63,157 bases of DNA, filler included, from Octopus bimaculoides (GCF_001194135.2; 7 parts of 7 records of this genome joined end to end with filler, not necessarily neighbours in it); one strand, 5' to 3'. Shown: positions 10,097-21,762, numbered from the whole stretch's first letter. Translations and numbers: made by a program. Notes: generated by a model from the letters alone, not told the origin.

Positions 10097-12542
10097 CTAC
10101 CACTAACTAGTCGTCAACCATTTAGCGACATACACTGTCAGTACAACTCGGGAACAGACATCTAACTAAATCTCACTTGTTGACCTAGATACCAGTTTTC
10201 TTCCAGTAAGAGCTAACCTTGACGAAAATTCTGCAAACTTAGGATCTCAAAGAGAGAGTAACACGGAGTGAGAGATCTAAGGATAAATTTAGAAATAAAC
10301 TAGATGCGCTTTAAATTTAGTCTATTTATAGGTGATATTGAGGACAATGTGAGACATCAGTAGCAATGTAGGTTAATTCACAGCCACTACAAAAAAATAA
10401 AAAATAGTCTAAAGCAAATATCTTAACTGCATCACTATTATCGATATCTTTTGAAAAAAAGTAATATGACGTCGAAAGCGACGAGAAGTACAATGGCCGT
10501 CAGAGTGAGCCAGAGTTGCGTTAGTGGCAGACATTAAATACGAGCAGTTAACACATTTCAAAATAGAGACTTCCTAATGTAATATATATTAAATGTGCAA
10601 AATATATGAGAAAGAAGGGGGGGGGCTCCAGGAAAATACCTCCAAATAAGGAGGCTAACAACGATAGATGGGAGTACTGCACATTCAATGTGAACTACAT
10701 AAAACTGAATGTGCGTCATCAGAGTGAAGAAAGTTAATAACGAATATTTATCAAAAGTACAACGCAGTAGAAATTATCAAAAGCTAAATAATATTCAAAG
10801 TTTGATTTTAATGCTACATTTCAAGAAGAGTGAATCCCGTTTAATTTTTAAAATTACAAAAATTTTCCTAAAAATGCAGTTAAAAGGGTAACGGTAACGA
10901 TTGCAGAGACGCCATCCCAAAAAATTTAAATTACAACATTTAAAACAAATTCCTTAAATCATGTTACAAAATATTCAAATTTTTATATTAATTAGAGTTA
11001 CAAAGAGGAAAAGGAAGTGAAGAACGATAGGGAATCAGTAGACTTTGTAAGGAGCACAAATTAAGAGAACACCAAAAAAGGTAGTAGTAGCCTGATCTAT
11101 TGAAGAGAGACCACGTGTTTGTAACTAAAATACTATGAGCGAAGCACATCGATGATTCTAGTTGATAGGACAAACCTGAAATGGCACAGGCAGTCCTCCG
11201 CCTAGTTTAAAGGGTTGAAAGAGTCGAGGCAAACCAGGTGAAGCCAATAGAAAACGAAAATGCTTCGAAAGAGATTTAATCTGCCACGTGTCAATAAAAC
11301 CATCTATCTAGGTAGGAAACTAATCTAACAAAAATACGTTGACTCCACATGAAGGTGTACAGCAAAAAAAAAAAAAAAATTTTAGGTAAATTCACAGCAA
11401 GTGAATATAAAAGGCAGCCATATATAAACATTACTGAACCCCACTAGCTCCAACTAAAAATAAAGGACTTCGTTGAAAAATAGGTCTTCTACAGGTCTAA
11501 ATCGATTTCTATTAACATCTCGATTTCGCAACAAAACAATCAGCTCAATCTACGATCCAAAAGCACTCCTACACACCGACGCTTCAGCCAAGATGCCAGT
11601 TATTTTACCTAATGGCAAACTAAAAGCAGACATTCCACAGTGGAATGGCGTGAACCTGCAGGATGTAGGGGAGGGGTACAAAATACCACACATTCTACAC
11701 TTTAAGATTGTTGCTGGAACCGAGCCTTACACACATTTTTTCCTTTCACAAAGAAACGATAGAAGTATTTTATTTACTAACCGGTTAATAAAGCCATATC
11801 CACTTTTTACGTTAAACCATTTAACCGTGCCGGATACTTTGGAAGCTGAAAAAGAAACAAACGAAAACTGAAGAGCAGCAGATTGTTCAAAATATGCACA
11901 AAACACATTTTGTTTTGCTTTTTTAAGTGGGCATTTTGTTTTTGTTTAAAACGGGGTTCGAAAGGTTTCTATGTGCGTATAAATATGCGTGTCTATTATA
12001 TGTATGCATCTAGAAGATACAGGCATATAATCGTGTAATCACATTAGTGAAGTGGGGAAGGCACGAATATTCCTTTTCGTTTGTTCTGTTTATATCCGAA
12101 AAGGAGGGAAAGATAACGAAAAAGTAGTACCTTTACAGTTCACTTGAAAAATTATTTAAGCACTAAAAGTTCGAAACAGAGCGTCTACATTAAGACATTT
12201 CCGATGATACGAGAAGGTAAATCGTATCAGAAATAATGGCAGCAAAACAGGCACAATATATTAGTTGAAAACCACGAGGTGACTTTTTCTTCTGTCTTTT
12301 TTTTTTTTTTTAATAAGAGAAATATTTTATAAAACAATCACGAAATTATAATGTATAATTTTACACAATAGCTACTGACTGAATTAAATAGCCTCTTTAT
12401 AGCCACGCACTGGAACCATGGCGAAGCGTTAACAAATGACGTCCAAATAAGTAAAATGTCTACCTATAATCTTTTTTCCACTTGCAGCAGGTCTTTCTGT
12501 AGCTTCCACTTCCCCCTCTGGTTGTTTCTCAGAGTCGGACAT
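7610..12542 (-). CDS. YBX1: Y-box binding (cold-shock domain) protein gene, 6 coding exons, 323 aa; YBX1/2/3 and Aplysia Y-box factor family
   Basis: Exons 12542-12464, 11845-11782, 9845-9812, 8656-8567, 8469-8338 and 8182-7610 splice into one 972-nt frame: [99 protein letters not shown]... It has RNP-1/RNP-2 motifs and an alternating basic/acidic tail. The symbol is family-level only. Confidence 0.97.
8338..8469 (-). CDS. YBX1: Y-box gene exon 5 (132 nt), followed by a GC donor
   Basis: [44 protein letters not shown], donor AAG|GCAAGT. Confidence 0.9.
8567..8656 (-). CDS. YBX1: Y-box gene exon 4 (90 nt)
   Basis: [30 protein letters not shown], flanked by acag and GTAAGC. Confidence 0.97.
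9812..9845 (-). CDS. YBX1: Y-box gene exon 3 (34 nt)
   Basis: tgtag acceptor, (R)[11 protein letters not shown], donor CAG|GTGAGT. Confidence 0.97.
11782..11845 (-). CDS. YBX1: Y-box gene exon 2 (64 nt)
   Basis: ttcag acceptor, (A)[20 protein letters not shown](R), donor CG|GTTAGT. Confidence 0.97.
12464..12542 (-). CDS. YBX1: Y-box gene coding exon 1 (79 nt)
   Basis: cagccATG start, MSDSEK...GKKII, donor TAG|GTAGAC, phase 1. Confidence 0.93.
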
Positions 12543-12760
12543 GGCTGTTGATGGTACACTTCAGATGTTAAACACACGACCCTGCGGTCACTGGACACTC
12601 ACAATCTCTCTCTCTCTCCCTCTTTCGTTCTTTGTTCACCTCTACTCATGATGACGACTGCGAGAATTTATATGTGTGACGCCGGTTGCTACGAGCAGTT
12701 TTATTGGATAATTTTAAAGAAAAAATTAAAAGAATTCTTTTGATTGGTTAATATTTTCTC
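12543..12760 (-). promoter_or_regulatory. Y-box gene 5' UTR and proximal promoter with two CCAAT boxes
   Basis: Locally CpG-richer sequence upstream of the ATG; ATTGG at 12703-12707 and TGATTGGTTAA at 12741-12751. Confidence 0.55.
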
Positions 12761-13082
12761 TAAGTAATTCCAAAATTAGAAAATTCGGTGAGCGTTTTTA
12801 TTTATTTTAAATATTTCTTTCTAAAGAACGCAACTTTAAAAAAATTGTAGTAATTCTTTAAAACCAGTTTTTTTTATGATTTCTATTTTTATTTTTAATC
12901 TTATTACAGAAAACCAAACAAAGCAAATTGAAACAACAGAATAAAAGAAAAAAACTGACTGTTGAAATTAATGATAAAATAATTGTTCAGAAATAAATAA
13001 TGATTTCACAAGTATTATTGATATCAATGATAAAGTAACTATAGACTTCATAATGAGTTGAGGAAAATTTGATGTTGAAATA

Positions 13083-13230
13083 AATAGCGTAGCTGAGGGA
13101 GCAATGGGGACCGACCGTCCCGAGCAGTACTTTTATGGTTGACACTTTCGTTTTTGATATATAACCCTATATTGGTCGTTGGGGGCGGTAAATGAAAGAG
13201 CTACCTTGGTTATCACTGGCTACGTCACTG
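13083..13230. mobile_element. small degenerate TIR element
   Basis: Left TAGCGTAGCTG resembles the right end's reverse complement CAGTGACGTAGCCAG. Confidence 0.45.
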
Positions 13231-13429
13231 ATATAGAATTACTTTTTGCTGATACTATATAAACTTTTAGGAAAATAGTTCTGAAAAGTTATTTATTCCT
13301 TATTTACTTAAATTTACAATACTTACAGTTTGTATGTAACTTCATTTGGTCATTTTCACACCTACAAGATATTCCAGACATTAATGTTCTTAGGCACAGT
13401 AAAACGTTTAGGGAAAATAAATTAGATTG

Positions 13430-15300
13430 TATGATGCCCAACCTGCCTGTATAGCATTAAAGGCCTGAGAAAAATCACTTGATTCTTGCAGTAAATCTCC
13501 ACATCAGATTTTTAATATTGGAAGCAACATGTATATATTTCTCAGCTGAAGATTTTTGTCAACCAAATATTTTCTTGTGACACTGGTGACCCTGTCTCAC
13601 AAACACTATGTAGTTTTTCATCAATATATCAAGCAACTTCAAATAACAACTTTGATATCAACATATGTCATTTGAAATACTGCCTGCAATATCACCAACA
13701 CTAACCCAAAGCATTCATGTCCCTGAGAGTCTCAACATGCTGGATATGTGATCCAACTGTGTGGTTGATATACTTAGATGCACACTTCTACATACCCCGT
13801 CCAGATAACACCTGCATTTCATTTGTGAACAGCCTCCTTCTGCCAGACATCCTGCCATAGATCTAAAATTTGATAATATTTCTGTCTGGCATTGTCTCTT
13901 ATGAAACTCTCAAGTGAAAAATATGTCAAAATCACAGCAGCATCAGTTGACCAGTTGCTTATCACTGAATAGATGAATAACGTTTCTCTTTGTCTCCTTA
14001 ATGACATGGCTGATTGTTGATGTATGCATCCAGAATAGCTAGGAACCCCCAGTTTTTGGTCTGTAGATATTATATTAATCTTTTGGTAATAATGGACCAA
14101 AAAATCTTTCCCCCAACATCTAACAGGGAGATCTTTCAAAATTAATCAAGCCCTGAATTCTGCTATGTTGAAAGGTGTGTGGAGTTCGAGTTTTGGAAGT
14201 GCAAAGGAAGAATTTGTCAATGGAATATTTCTTCTAGGGTTCCCATGTACTGCCACTACTTTGCTTTTCATCTCTTTTCTGGAACACATCAGCCTTCCGC
14301 TTTTTGGTTTGCTGAGGAGATCAGTTGCAAACTTGAAGGGGTTATTAAAAAAAAAAACCTCTCTCTGTGCTTTTTCCAGAGTGACTCTGCCCTGCAAAAC
14401 GGAGTAGATTTCTTCATGACTCTGAGCTAAGGTGATTTAAGCCCACTTTTCCTTTATCATCTTCTTTATACTTTTTCTTCAGTTGTCATACTTCTTGCCT
14501 CAATTCTGCTTTCTGACACTGCCTGTCACTGGTATCATGCTTCTTGTTGGTTTTTTCTTTCCTTTATACCAAAGGCATCTTGGCATGTCAGTTATACCAC
14601 TTGAACCATGGTTTTTACCTTCTTGTTCAAGTCCCTGTCCAACTATGCTTATCTCAGATCTGCTGCTGGTGGCAAATTCAACCATAGTTTCTTCTTGGAA
14701 TCCTCAGGAATTCCAGATTTATCCACTCTTCTTGTGCACTACCTTGGGTACTGTTGTTTGCCTTCTGGCCTTGGTCCTTTTCTGATAGACAAGCAGTGCT
14801 ATTACTCCCAGAACTAGGCCTCTGAGTAATATTAGATGGGTTGTGTTACTGTAGTACTTTGATCTGCCTTGACAAATCATCATGCCTTGTTTGCTCTTCA
14901 ATACTCCACCACAGGTATTGTATTTCCTTCCTGTTTCACCCCATTGCCTTACCGTTGTTCGGTCTTGTAGTCTGACAACTCTTATGTGAGTCATTAACCC
15001 TGTGTTTTTAACAGATTATCCTCCCACTCCTTAGTCTACTTGGGAGTCTTCCCTCTGTTTCATGCTTGTAGCTTGCTGCCATCTTTCTAAGCTGTTGTCC
15101 ATTTTGTTCACAAATGTCAGTGGGTCTTTCCTCATCACCAATGGGCCATTCTCCATAGTCATAACATTACGTGTGAAATAAACTTTGGTGATGCTTAGAT
15201 CCACATGGAAACTACAGGAGCTACTCAGGAATATTTCAAGCTTCTCTTCTGAATCCATCACATTCTCAGAAGCTTTTCTATATCATCAGCAAGTATCTCA
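13430..15300 (-). mobile_element. heavily degraded RLE-type non-LTR retrotransposon (HERO/NeSL-like)
   Basis: Fragmentary motifs FFNNPFKFATDLLSKPKSGRL, QKLGVPSYSGC and a degenerate N-terminal Cys/His finger (CGGVLKSKQGMMICQGR); the clade name is from memory. Confidence 0.5.
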
Positions 15301-15506
15301 AGCTCACAAGTATTTCACCCCTTAGCTCATACACGTTGCTTGAGTGAGAACAGCAAGGATTGAATGAGTTTTATCTGTCTATAGTAGAGTTTGAACTCAG
15401 AGAATAAACAACTGAAGTCAATAATGTAATATATCTATTCTACAGGGTAGACTAGAGGAGGAATTTCAACCATGTTTCGTGGTCTGCTACCACAACAGCT
15501 CCTTTA

Positions 15507-15860
15507 TAGGATCCAGTTAGCTCAAGACATCATCAGGAGGAACCATGTCTGGTTTCGGCCCCTACTCCTTTACCGTTTTGACGTGGCGGGGCTCCTCCTT
15601 TCGGAGGTGTCTTCAGCTCTAGTGTTGGGTGCATGTCTTCTTTCACTGTTTGTGACTGTTCTAATTCAACTGTGGAATGTCCCTCGCTATGGTTATTTTC
15701 CAGGAGGTTCTGGCCACACGTCTTACGGCTCATCAACCCGCGTTGTTGAATTACTTTCTTCTGACATACCTTCCCTTGGTGGATTAGGATCCAGTTAGCT
15801 CAAGATATCATCAGGAGGAACCACGTCCGGTTTCGGCCCCTACTCCTCTACCGTTTTGAC
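15507..15860. repeat. 76-bp direct repeat pair, period 278 bp
   Basis: 15507-15582 and 15785-15860 differ at only a few positions. Confidence 0.9.
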
Positions 15861-16089
15861 TAACAGCATCAGCAACCTGAGCACTCATCCAGAGTATCAC
15901 ATGCAGTGCCATGTCATGTGTTTGGGACATTTAAAATAAAAAGAGAAAATTAGAAAAAATAAATGCCTTATTCTTCTTTTTAAAAAAATGTAATAAGAAC
16001 TTCATTCCTACATTTGCAGTCTGTACTCTTTGTGGAATTTTAAAAAGAAATTATTATTATAATGCTTGTATATTCATATTGAGATGCAG

Positions 16090-16930
16090 TCAGTAAGGTG
16101 AGGGTTGGCAATGAGTATGGTGATTTATTCAGAGTACAAGTAAGGGTTCACCAAGGATCAATCCTCAGTCCCTTCCCTGTTCATCATAGTCCTCCAGGCA
16201 ATAACAGAGGAATTTATGACAGGCTTCCCCCTGGGAGCTCCTCTATGCTGATAACCTTTTTCTTATAGCTGAATCAATACCAGAACTAGCAAAGAAATTT
16301 CAGGTGTAGAAGCAAGGTCTGGAATCAAAGGGCCTTAGAATTAACCTTGCAAAAACCAAAGTCTTAGTAAGTAAGAAGGCAGACAAATCACAGATGCCTT
16401 CAAACAGGTGGCCCTGCTCAATCAGTAGAAAAGGCATAGGTAGAAATTCCATAAAATGTACCCAGGGTAAGCTATAGACAGGTAAGAGGTGCAGCAATAC
16501 CAGAGGAAGGTTAACTAGGAAAATACTTTTTGTGTGTGGAAGGTACACAGGTACAATAAACACTAAAAATGTATGGAAAATAAACGCCATCGAATGCTAG
16601 GGGTGGGGAGCTAGAGGTTGTTGATAACTTCCATTATCTAGGTGACCAAAGTCAGTAGTGGAGGTGGATGCTCTGAGAGCATAGCTGCAAGAATACGAAT
16701 AGGTTGGGCAAAATTCAGAGAGCTCCTACCTCTGTTGGCAACAAAGGTCCTCTCTCTCAAAGTGAAAGGCAGACTGTATGATGCTTGTGTGCAAACAACT
16801 ATGCTACATAGCAATGAAACATGGGCTGTGACCATTGAGGACATGCATAGGCTTGAAAGAAATGAAACTAGCATGCTTCGCTAGATGTGAAATGTCAGTG
16901 TGCAAGTTTAACAGAGTCTAAGTGTCCTGA
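16090..16930 (+). mobile_element. degraded RTE-clade LINE fragment
   Basis: ORF 16642..16884 ARIRIGWAKFRELLPLL...RLYDACVQTTMLHSNETW; homologous to 19442..20212. Confidence 0.8.
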
Positions 16931-17452
16931 GAGACTTCTTTACAAGTAGAACACAGAACCAGATATGATGGAGGTGACTTCAATTGAAACTGATTCTTGT
17001 CAAAAGATAATATGTAAGTGAACACTATTTCAGAAATGTAGTATGTGAATGACAATATTTTATTGTATCATAACAAAATCCACCTCCAGCACTTGCCCAA
17101 GATGTCGCATAGTAGGACTGAACTTGTATAGTTGGGAAGTAAACTTCTTACCAAACAGCCATACCTGCTTTTTAAAAAGATTTGACCCATGGAGAGTATT
17201 CTTAATCCCTTCTTAAGACCTGAATTCAGTCATGTGACCTCAGGGTTTTCTTCTTGACTAGTACACACTTGGAGTGAAAAGAAGCAACCAGCAACATTTA
17301 TTTATTTTTTTTACTAAAAAGTAAAATTTTCATTCATTTATCAATACCAATGCTTTAAAATTCAATTTTAAATATTTAAAATTATTTTAAAAGGTTAGGT
17401 AAGAAAAGTAAACTAGCACCTAAATTTTTTTTTGTTAGAATAAGGCTTCAGG

Positions 17453-18373
17453 ATGACTAAAGAGTCAATTGTCTCCACTTTCTCAACTTTTGCAACAAGA
17501 AGCTTCACAGATAAGAAGAATATTATCATGCTTGGAAAAGAAAAGCCAAAGCTTGAAATGAAAATCAAAACCAAAGTGGGCAGCAAGGAATTTCAACGCT
17601 ATTTTGTGTGGTGTTTATGGTGTTATGGGCTATGTGGTGTTGATGGAGAGGTTTGAAGATGAGGTAAACGGAAGTGAAGACTGCAGGGGCCGGCGGAAGA
17701 GCCACGGGGGCATGCGTGGGCACAAAGCACGTGGGGCAGTTCGATGAATGATGGCGAGTGTGGAAGGACGTGTTTTTCATCTTGACAGTGATTGCTCATC
17801 CCACCTTGGTCAACAGGTAAGGTCTCTGTATTTCTTTCTCCCTTTTGCTTCTTTTTCTGTTTTCTTTTTCCTCCATCACACTATATTTTGATTCCAAGTA
17901 TTATAAACTGTATGAGTGAATGACAGGATATCCCATTCTGAACAAATTTTTCTGTGTCCCATGTCTGTTATTTTGTCAGCATAAGAACACATGGACAACA
18001 ACTGGCTACAGTGATTTACACAATTTGATTACAGCTTTGACAAAACACAAAAATCTCAGAACCATATGAATTCCCTAATTGCTCTGAAAACATTGACTGA
18101 CAACAAATTGATACAGTAATTGATCACTGAAAGAACTTTCAATTCAGTTCCATTATAGATCAGTTGAGAAAAATCACAATATATTGAAAAGGTTAATTCA
18201 TTGTATTGAAATTTGGGCCTATCAAGAATTACCACTTGGAGGACATGGTGAAACAGAAGAATCAAACAATAAGGGTAATTTTCTGGCTATATGTGAAGCA
18301 GTAGTGGAATGCAATGATTGTTTAAGATCGCACTTAGATTTCATGAAGAAAAATGCCAACTGCACATTTTCTG
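17453..18373 (+). mobile_element. hAT-type transposase relic (TTF zinc finger plus DUF4371-like), interrupted at 17607-17890
   Basis: KEFQRYF...FCVPCLLFCQHKNTWTTTGYSDL...HGETEESNNKGNFLAICE. Confidence 0.7.
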
Positions 18374-18726
18374 NNNNNNNNNNNNNNNNNNNNNNNNNNN
18401 NNNNNNNNNNNNNNNNNNNNNNNNNNNNNNNNNNNNNNNNNNNNNNNNNNNNNNNNNNNNNNNNNNNNNNNNNNNNNNNNNNNNNNNNNNNNNNNNNNNN
18501 NNNNNNNNNNNNNNNNNNNNNNNNNNNNNNNNNNNNNNNNNNNNNNNNNNNNNNNNNNNNNNNNNNNNNNCATCATTGTTTTTAAGAAATATCTGTAATG
18601 CATAAACAGAGCCTGAATGATTGCTTTACTACACATGGCATATTTTATAAATATGCCTGTTGAAGCATCATAATAACATGAAACTATTAGTAACTCTTTT
18701 GGTTGTGTATTTAATTTGATATATAT

Positions 18727-20220
18727 ATTTGTATGTCATCATCATCATCATCATAATTGTTTAACGATCGTTTTCCATGCTGGCATGGGTTGAACAGTTT
18801 GACTGAGGTCTGGAGAGCCAGCGACTGCACCAGGCTCCAATCTGATCTGGCAATGTTTCTACAGCTGGATGCCCTTCCTAATGCCAACCACTTCAAGAGT
18901 GTAGTGGGTACTTTTTACATGCTACTGGCACAGGGGCCAGTCAGACAGACCTGGCATCGACCACATTCAGATGGTGCTTATTACGTTCTACTGGCACAGG
19001 AGCCAGTCAGGGGGCACTGGCCACAGCTATGATATTGGTTTTACTTGATTCAACAGGTCTTCTCAAACATATCATATTGCACAATACATCAGGGGTACTC
19101 TTAATTGGGCTGGACATGCATGGCTGTGATCTCACTTTAGTTGCTGGGTCTTCTCAATCACAGCATATCTCCAAAGGTCTCAGTCTCCTGTCATTGCCTC
19201 TGTGAAGCCTAATGTCTGAAGGTCATGCTTCACCACCTCATCCTATGTTTTCCTGGGTTTACTTCTTCCACAGTTAGGGAGTGGAACTTCCTCATGCAGC
19301 TGTCCTCATCCATACACAATACATGACCATACCAGCGCAGTTGTCTCTCTCACATTTGATGCTTCTTATGCCCAACCTTTCTCTCAATTACACATCCAGT
19401 GGATCATACTAGCTTCATTTCTTTCAAGCCTGCGCATGTCCTTAGCAGTCATGGCTTGTTTCACTGCTGTGTAGCATGGCAATTCGCACACATGCATCAT
19501 ACAGTCTACCTCTCATCCTGAGCGAGAGGCCCTTAGTTGCCAGCAGAAGTAGGAGCTCCCTGAACTTTGCCCAGGCTGTTCTTATTCTTGCCACTACACT
19601 CTCAGAGCAACCACCTCCACTAAAGTCTTGGTTGCCTAGGAAGCGGAAGCTATTAACTTTTAGTTTCTCCCCCTGGTATGTGATGGAATCTGTTTTCTGC
19701 ACATCTTCAATGTTTATTGCCCATGTGCATCTGCCACTCACAAAAACTATTTTCCTGATCAACCTTCCTTTGATATTGTTGCACCTTTTATGTGTCCAAA
19801 GCTTACACCAGGTACATTGTACTGAGTTTCTACCCACACCTTTTCTACAGATTGAAGGGGATTGTGGTTTGACAGCCTTCCTATTTACTAAGACTTCGGT
19901 TTTTGCTAGGTTGTCCCTAGGCCCTTTGATTCTAGACCCTAAACTTGTCTCCAGTTCTGGCAGTGACTCAGCTATTAGGGCAAGGTCATCAGCACAGAGG
20001 AGCTTCCATGGGCAGCTTGTACTGAATTCCTCTGTTATTGCCTGGAGGACTATAATGAATAAGAGGGTGCTGAGGATTGATCCTTGGTGAACCCCTACTT
20101 CTACTTGAAATTCTTCACTATACTCGTTGCCAACCCTCATCTTACTGACAGCATCCCTGTACAGGGCTTGTACAGCTCTTACCAACCACTCATCTATCCC
20201 CAGTTTCCGCATTGACCACC
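18727..20220 (-). mobile_element. RTE-clade LINE (RT domain, 3' UTR and (GAT)n tail)
   Basis: 256-aa ORF 19442..20212 with VGVHQGSILS and LLCADDLALIAES motifs; (GAT)n tail at ~18735-18755. Confidence 0.88.
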
Positions 20221-20440
20221 AGATATATATATATATATANNNNNNNNNNNNNNNNNNNNNNNNNNNNNNNNNNNNNNNNNNNNNNNNNNNNNNNNNNNNN
20301 NNNNNNNNNNNNNNNNNNNNNNNNNNNNNNNNNNNNNNNNNNNNNNNNNNNNNNNNNNNNNNNNNNNNNNNNNNNNNNNNNNNNNNNNNNNNNNNNNNNN
20401 NNNNNNNNNNNNNNNNNNNNNNNNNNNNNNNNNNNNNNNN

Positions 20441-21209
20441 CTTGACATACTAAAGAGTAAATTTATTCAATAAAATTCCCATTGGCTTCAACCACAGCCT
20501 CCAGACGACTTTAGAATCTTCTGCAACTCTTTTGGATGGTCTCCTTGTTTAAGTTGGTCAATGCTGCCATAATCTTTGCCTTCAGTCCATCTTTGGTGTT
20601 ACAAGGTGTTTTGTTGGACTCTCGCTCAACTGCACTCCACACATAACAATCAAGGGGGTTGTAGTCTGGGGAGTTAGGTGGCCAGATGTTAGGGGTGATG
20701 TGGTCGCAGAAATTGTCTGACAGCCATGACTGGGTTCTCCTGCTTGTGTGGCATGGTGCAGAATTCTGTTGCCAGACATAGGGTCTTCCAGTAGCCACCT
20801 TCTTGACCCAGACCAGCAATACCTCCTCCAGGCACTTGATGTAGACCTCCATGTTGAGTCTGAGGCTGTGTGGGAAGATGAATGGAGATATAACATTACC
20901 ATCACTAGTGATCACTTCAAACACCATATTGACTGGATGTTTGATCTTTATCACTTTCAGTACATGTCCTCAGACTGACACCCAAACACTCTGAAATGTT
21001 CATACTGGAGCTTCTAATGTGAATGCCAAGCAGTACAGTATGTTGTTCCCAAAGTTCTGGAAGTGTGAATTGTGTCATGGTGCTGTTTTTCTCACAGACG
21101 GTGCCCAATTGACCCTACTATACTGTGTAGTCAACAAAATCAAAAACAAGCAATTTGCATGAATGAAATTAAAAATATAAAATGTCGGCAATTTAACCAT
21201 CGAACCCTG
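20441..21209 (-). mobile_element. Tc1/mariner DD37D (maT) deletion derivative
   Basis: WQQNSAPCH...WPPNSPDYNPLD has 37 residues between the 2nd (mutated to N) and 3rd catalytic positions; left end TA|CAGGGTTCGATGG. Confidence 0.85.
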
Positions 21210-21257
<48 letters not shown>

Positions 21258-21576
21258 NNNNNNNNNNNNNNNNNNNNNNNNNNNNNNNNNNNNNNNNNNN
21301 NNNNNNNNNNNNNNNNNNNNNNNNNNNNNNNNNNNNNNNNNNNNNNNNNNNNNNNNNNNNNNNNNNNNNNNNNNNNNNNNNNNNNNNNNNNNNNNNNNNN
21401 NNNNNNNNNNNNNNNNNNNNNNNNNNNNNNNNNNNNNNNNNNNNNNNNNNNNNNNNNATAGAGATGCCTATAATAGGACATCTACCCGCTAGAAAGAGTA
21501 GCAAAAAACTCTATACCACAAAAGTAGGGGTAATTTCGAAAGAGAATGAAAAATAAAAACATTTTTACCAGTCTAA

Positions 21577-21647
21577 ACTCTGTACCATGGTTTCAAGCTA
21601 TTTAGCTAGATAAAATTATATCTAACTCCGGGGCTTTCATCAGCAGA
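21577..21647 (-). ncRNA. minimal type I hammerhead ribozyme motif, core intact (inverted partner)
   Basis: Reverse complement reads ctctg-CTGATGA-aagc...gctt-GAAAC-catg-GTA-cagag. Confidence 0.8.
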
Positions 21648-21689
21648 GATCCGGATTAGCATGTAAACACGAGCCAAGGAAATAACCTG

Positions 21690-21762
21690 ACTCTGCTGAC
21701 GAAAGCCCTGGAGTTAGATATAATTTTATCTAGCTAAATAGCTTGAAACCATGGTACAGAGT
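21690..21762 (+). ncRNA. minimal type I hammerhead ribozyme motif, core intact
   Basis: Stem I ACTCTG/CAGAGT, CTGACGA at 21696-21702, stem II AAGC/GCTT with an internal hairpin, GAAAC at 21745-21749, palindromic stem III ACCATGGT, GUA cleavage triplet at 21754-21756. Confidence 0.8.

Noticed and set aside
11473-11871. 132-aa plus-strand ORF in the Y-box introns
   Set aside because: Antisense to exon 2 with no recognisable motif.
15520-15570. GAAAC...CTGATGA on the minus strand of the 76-bp repeats as a type II hammerhead
   Set aside because: Stem III can form, but there is no stem I (only CCTC) and no stem II complementarity.
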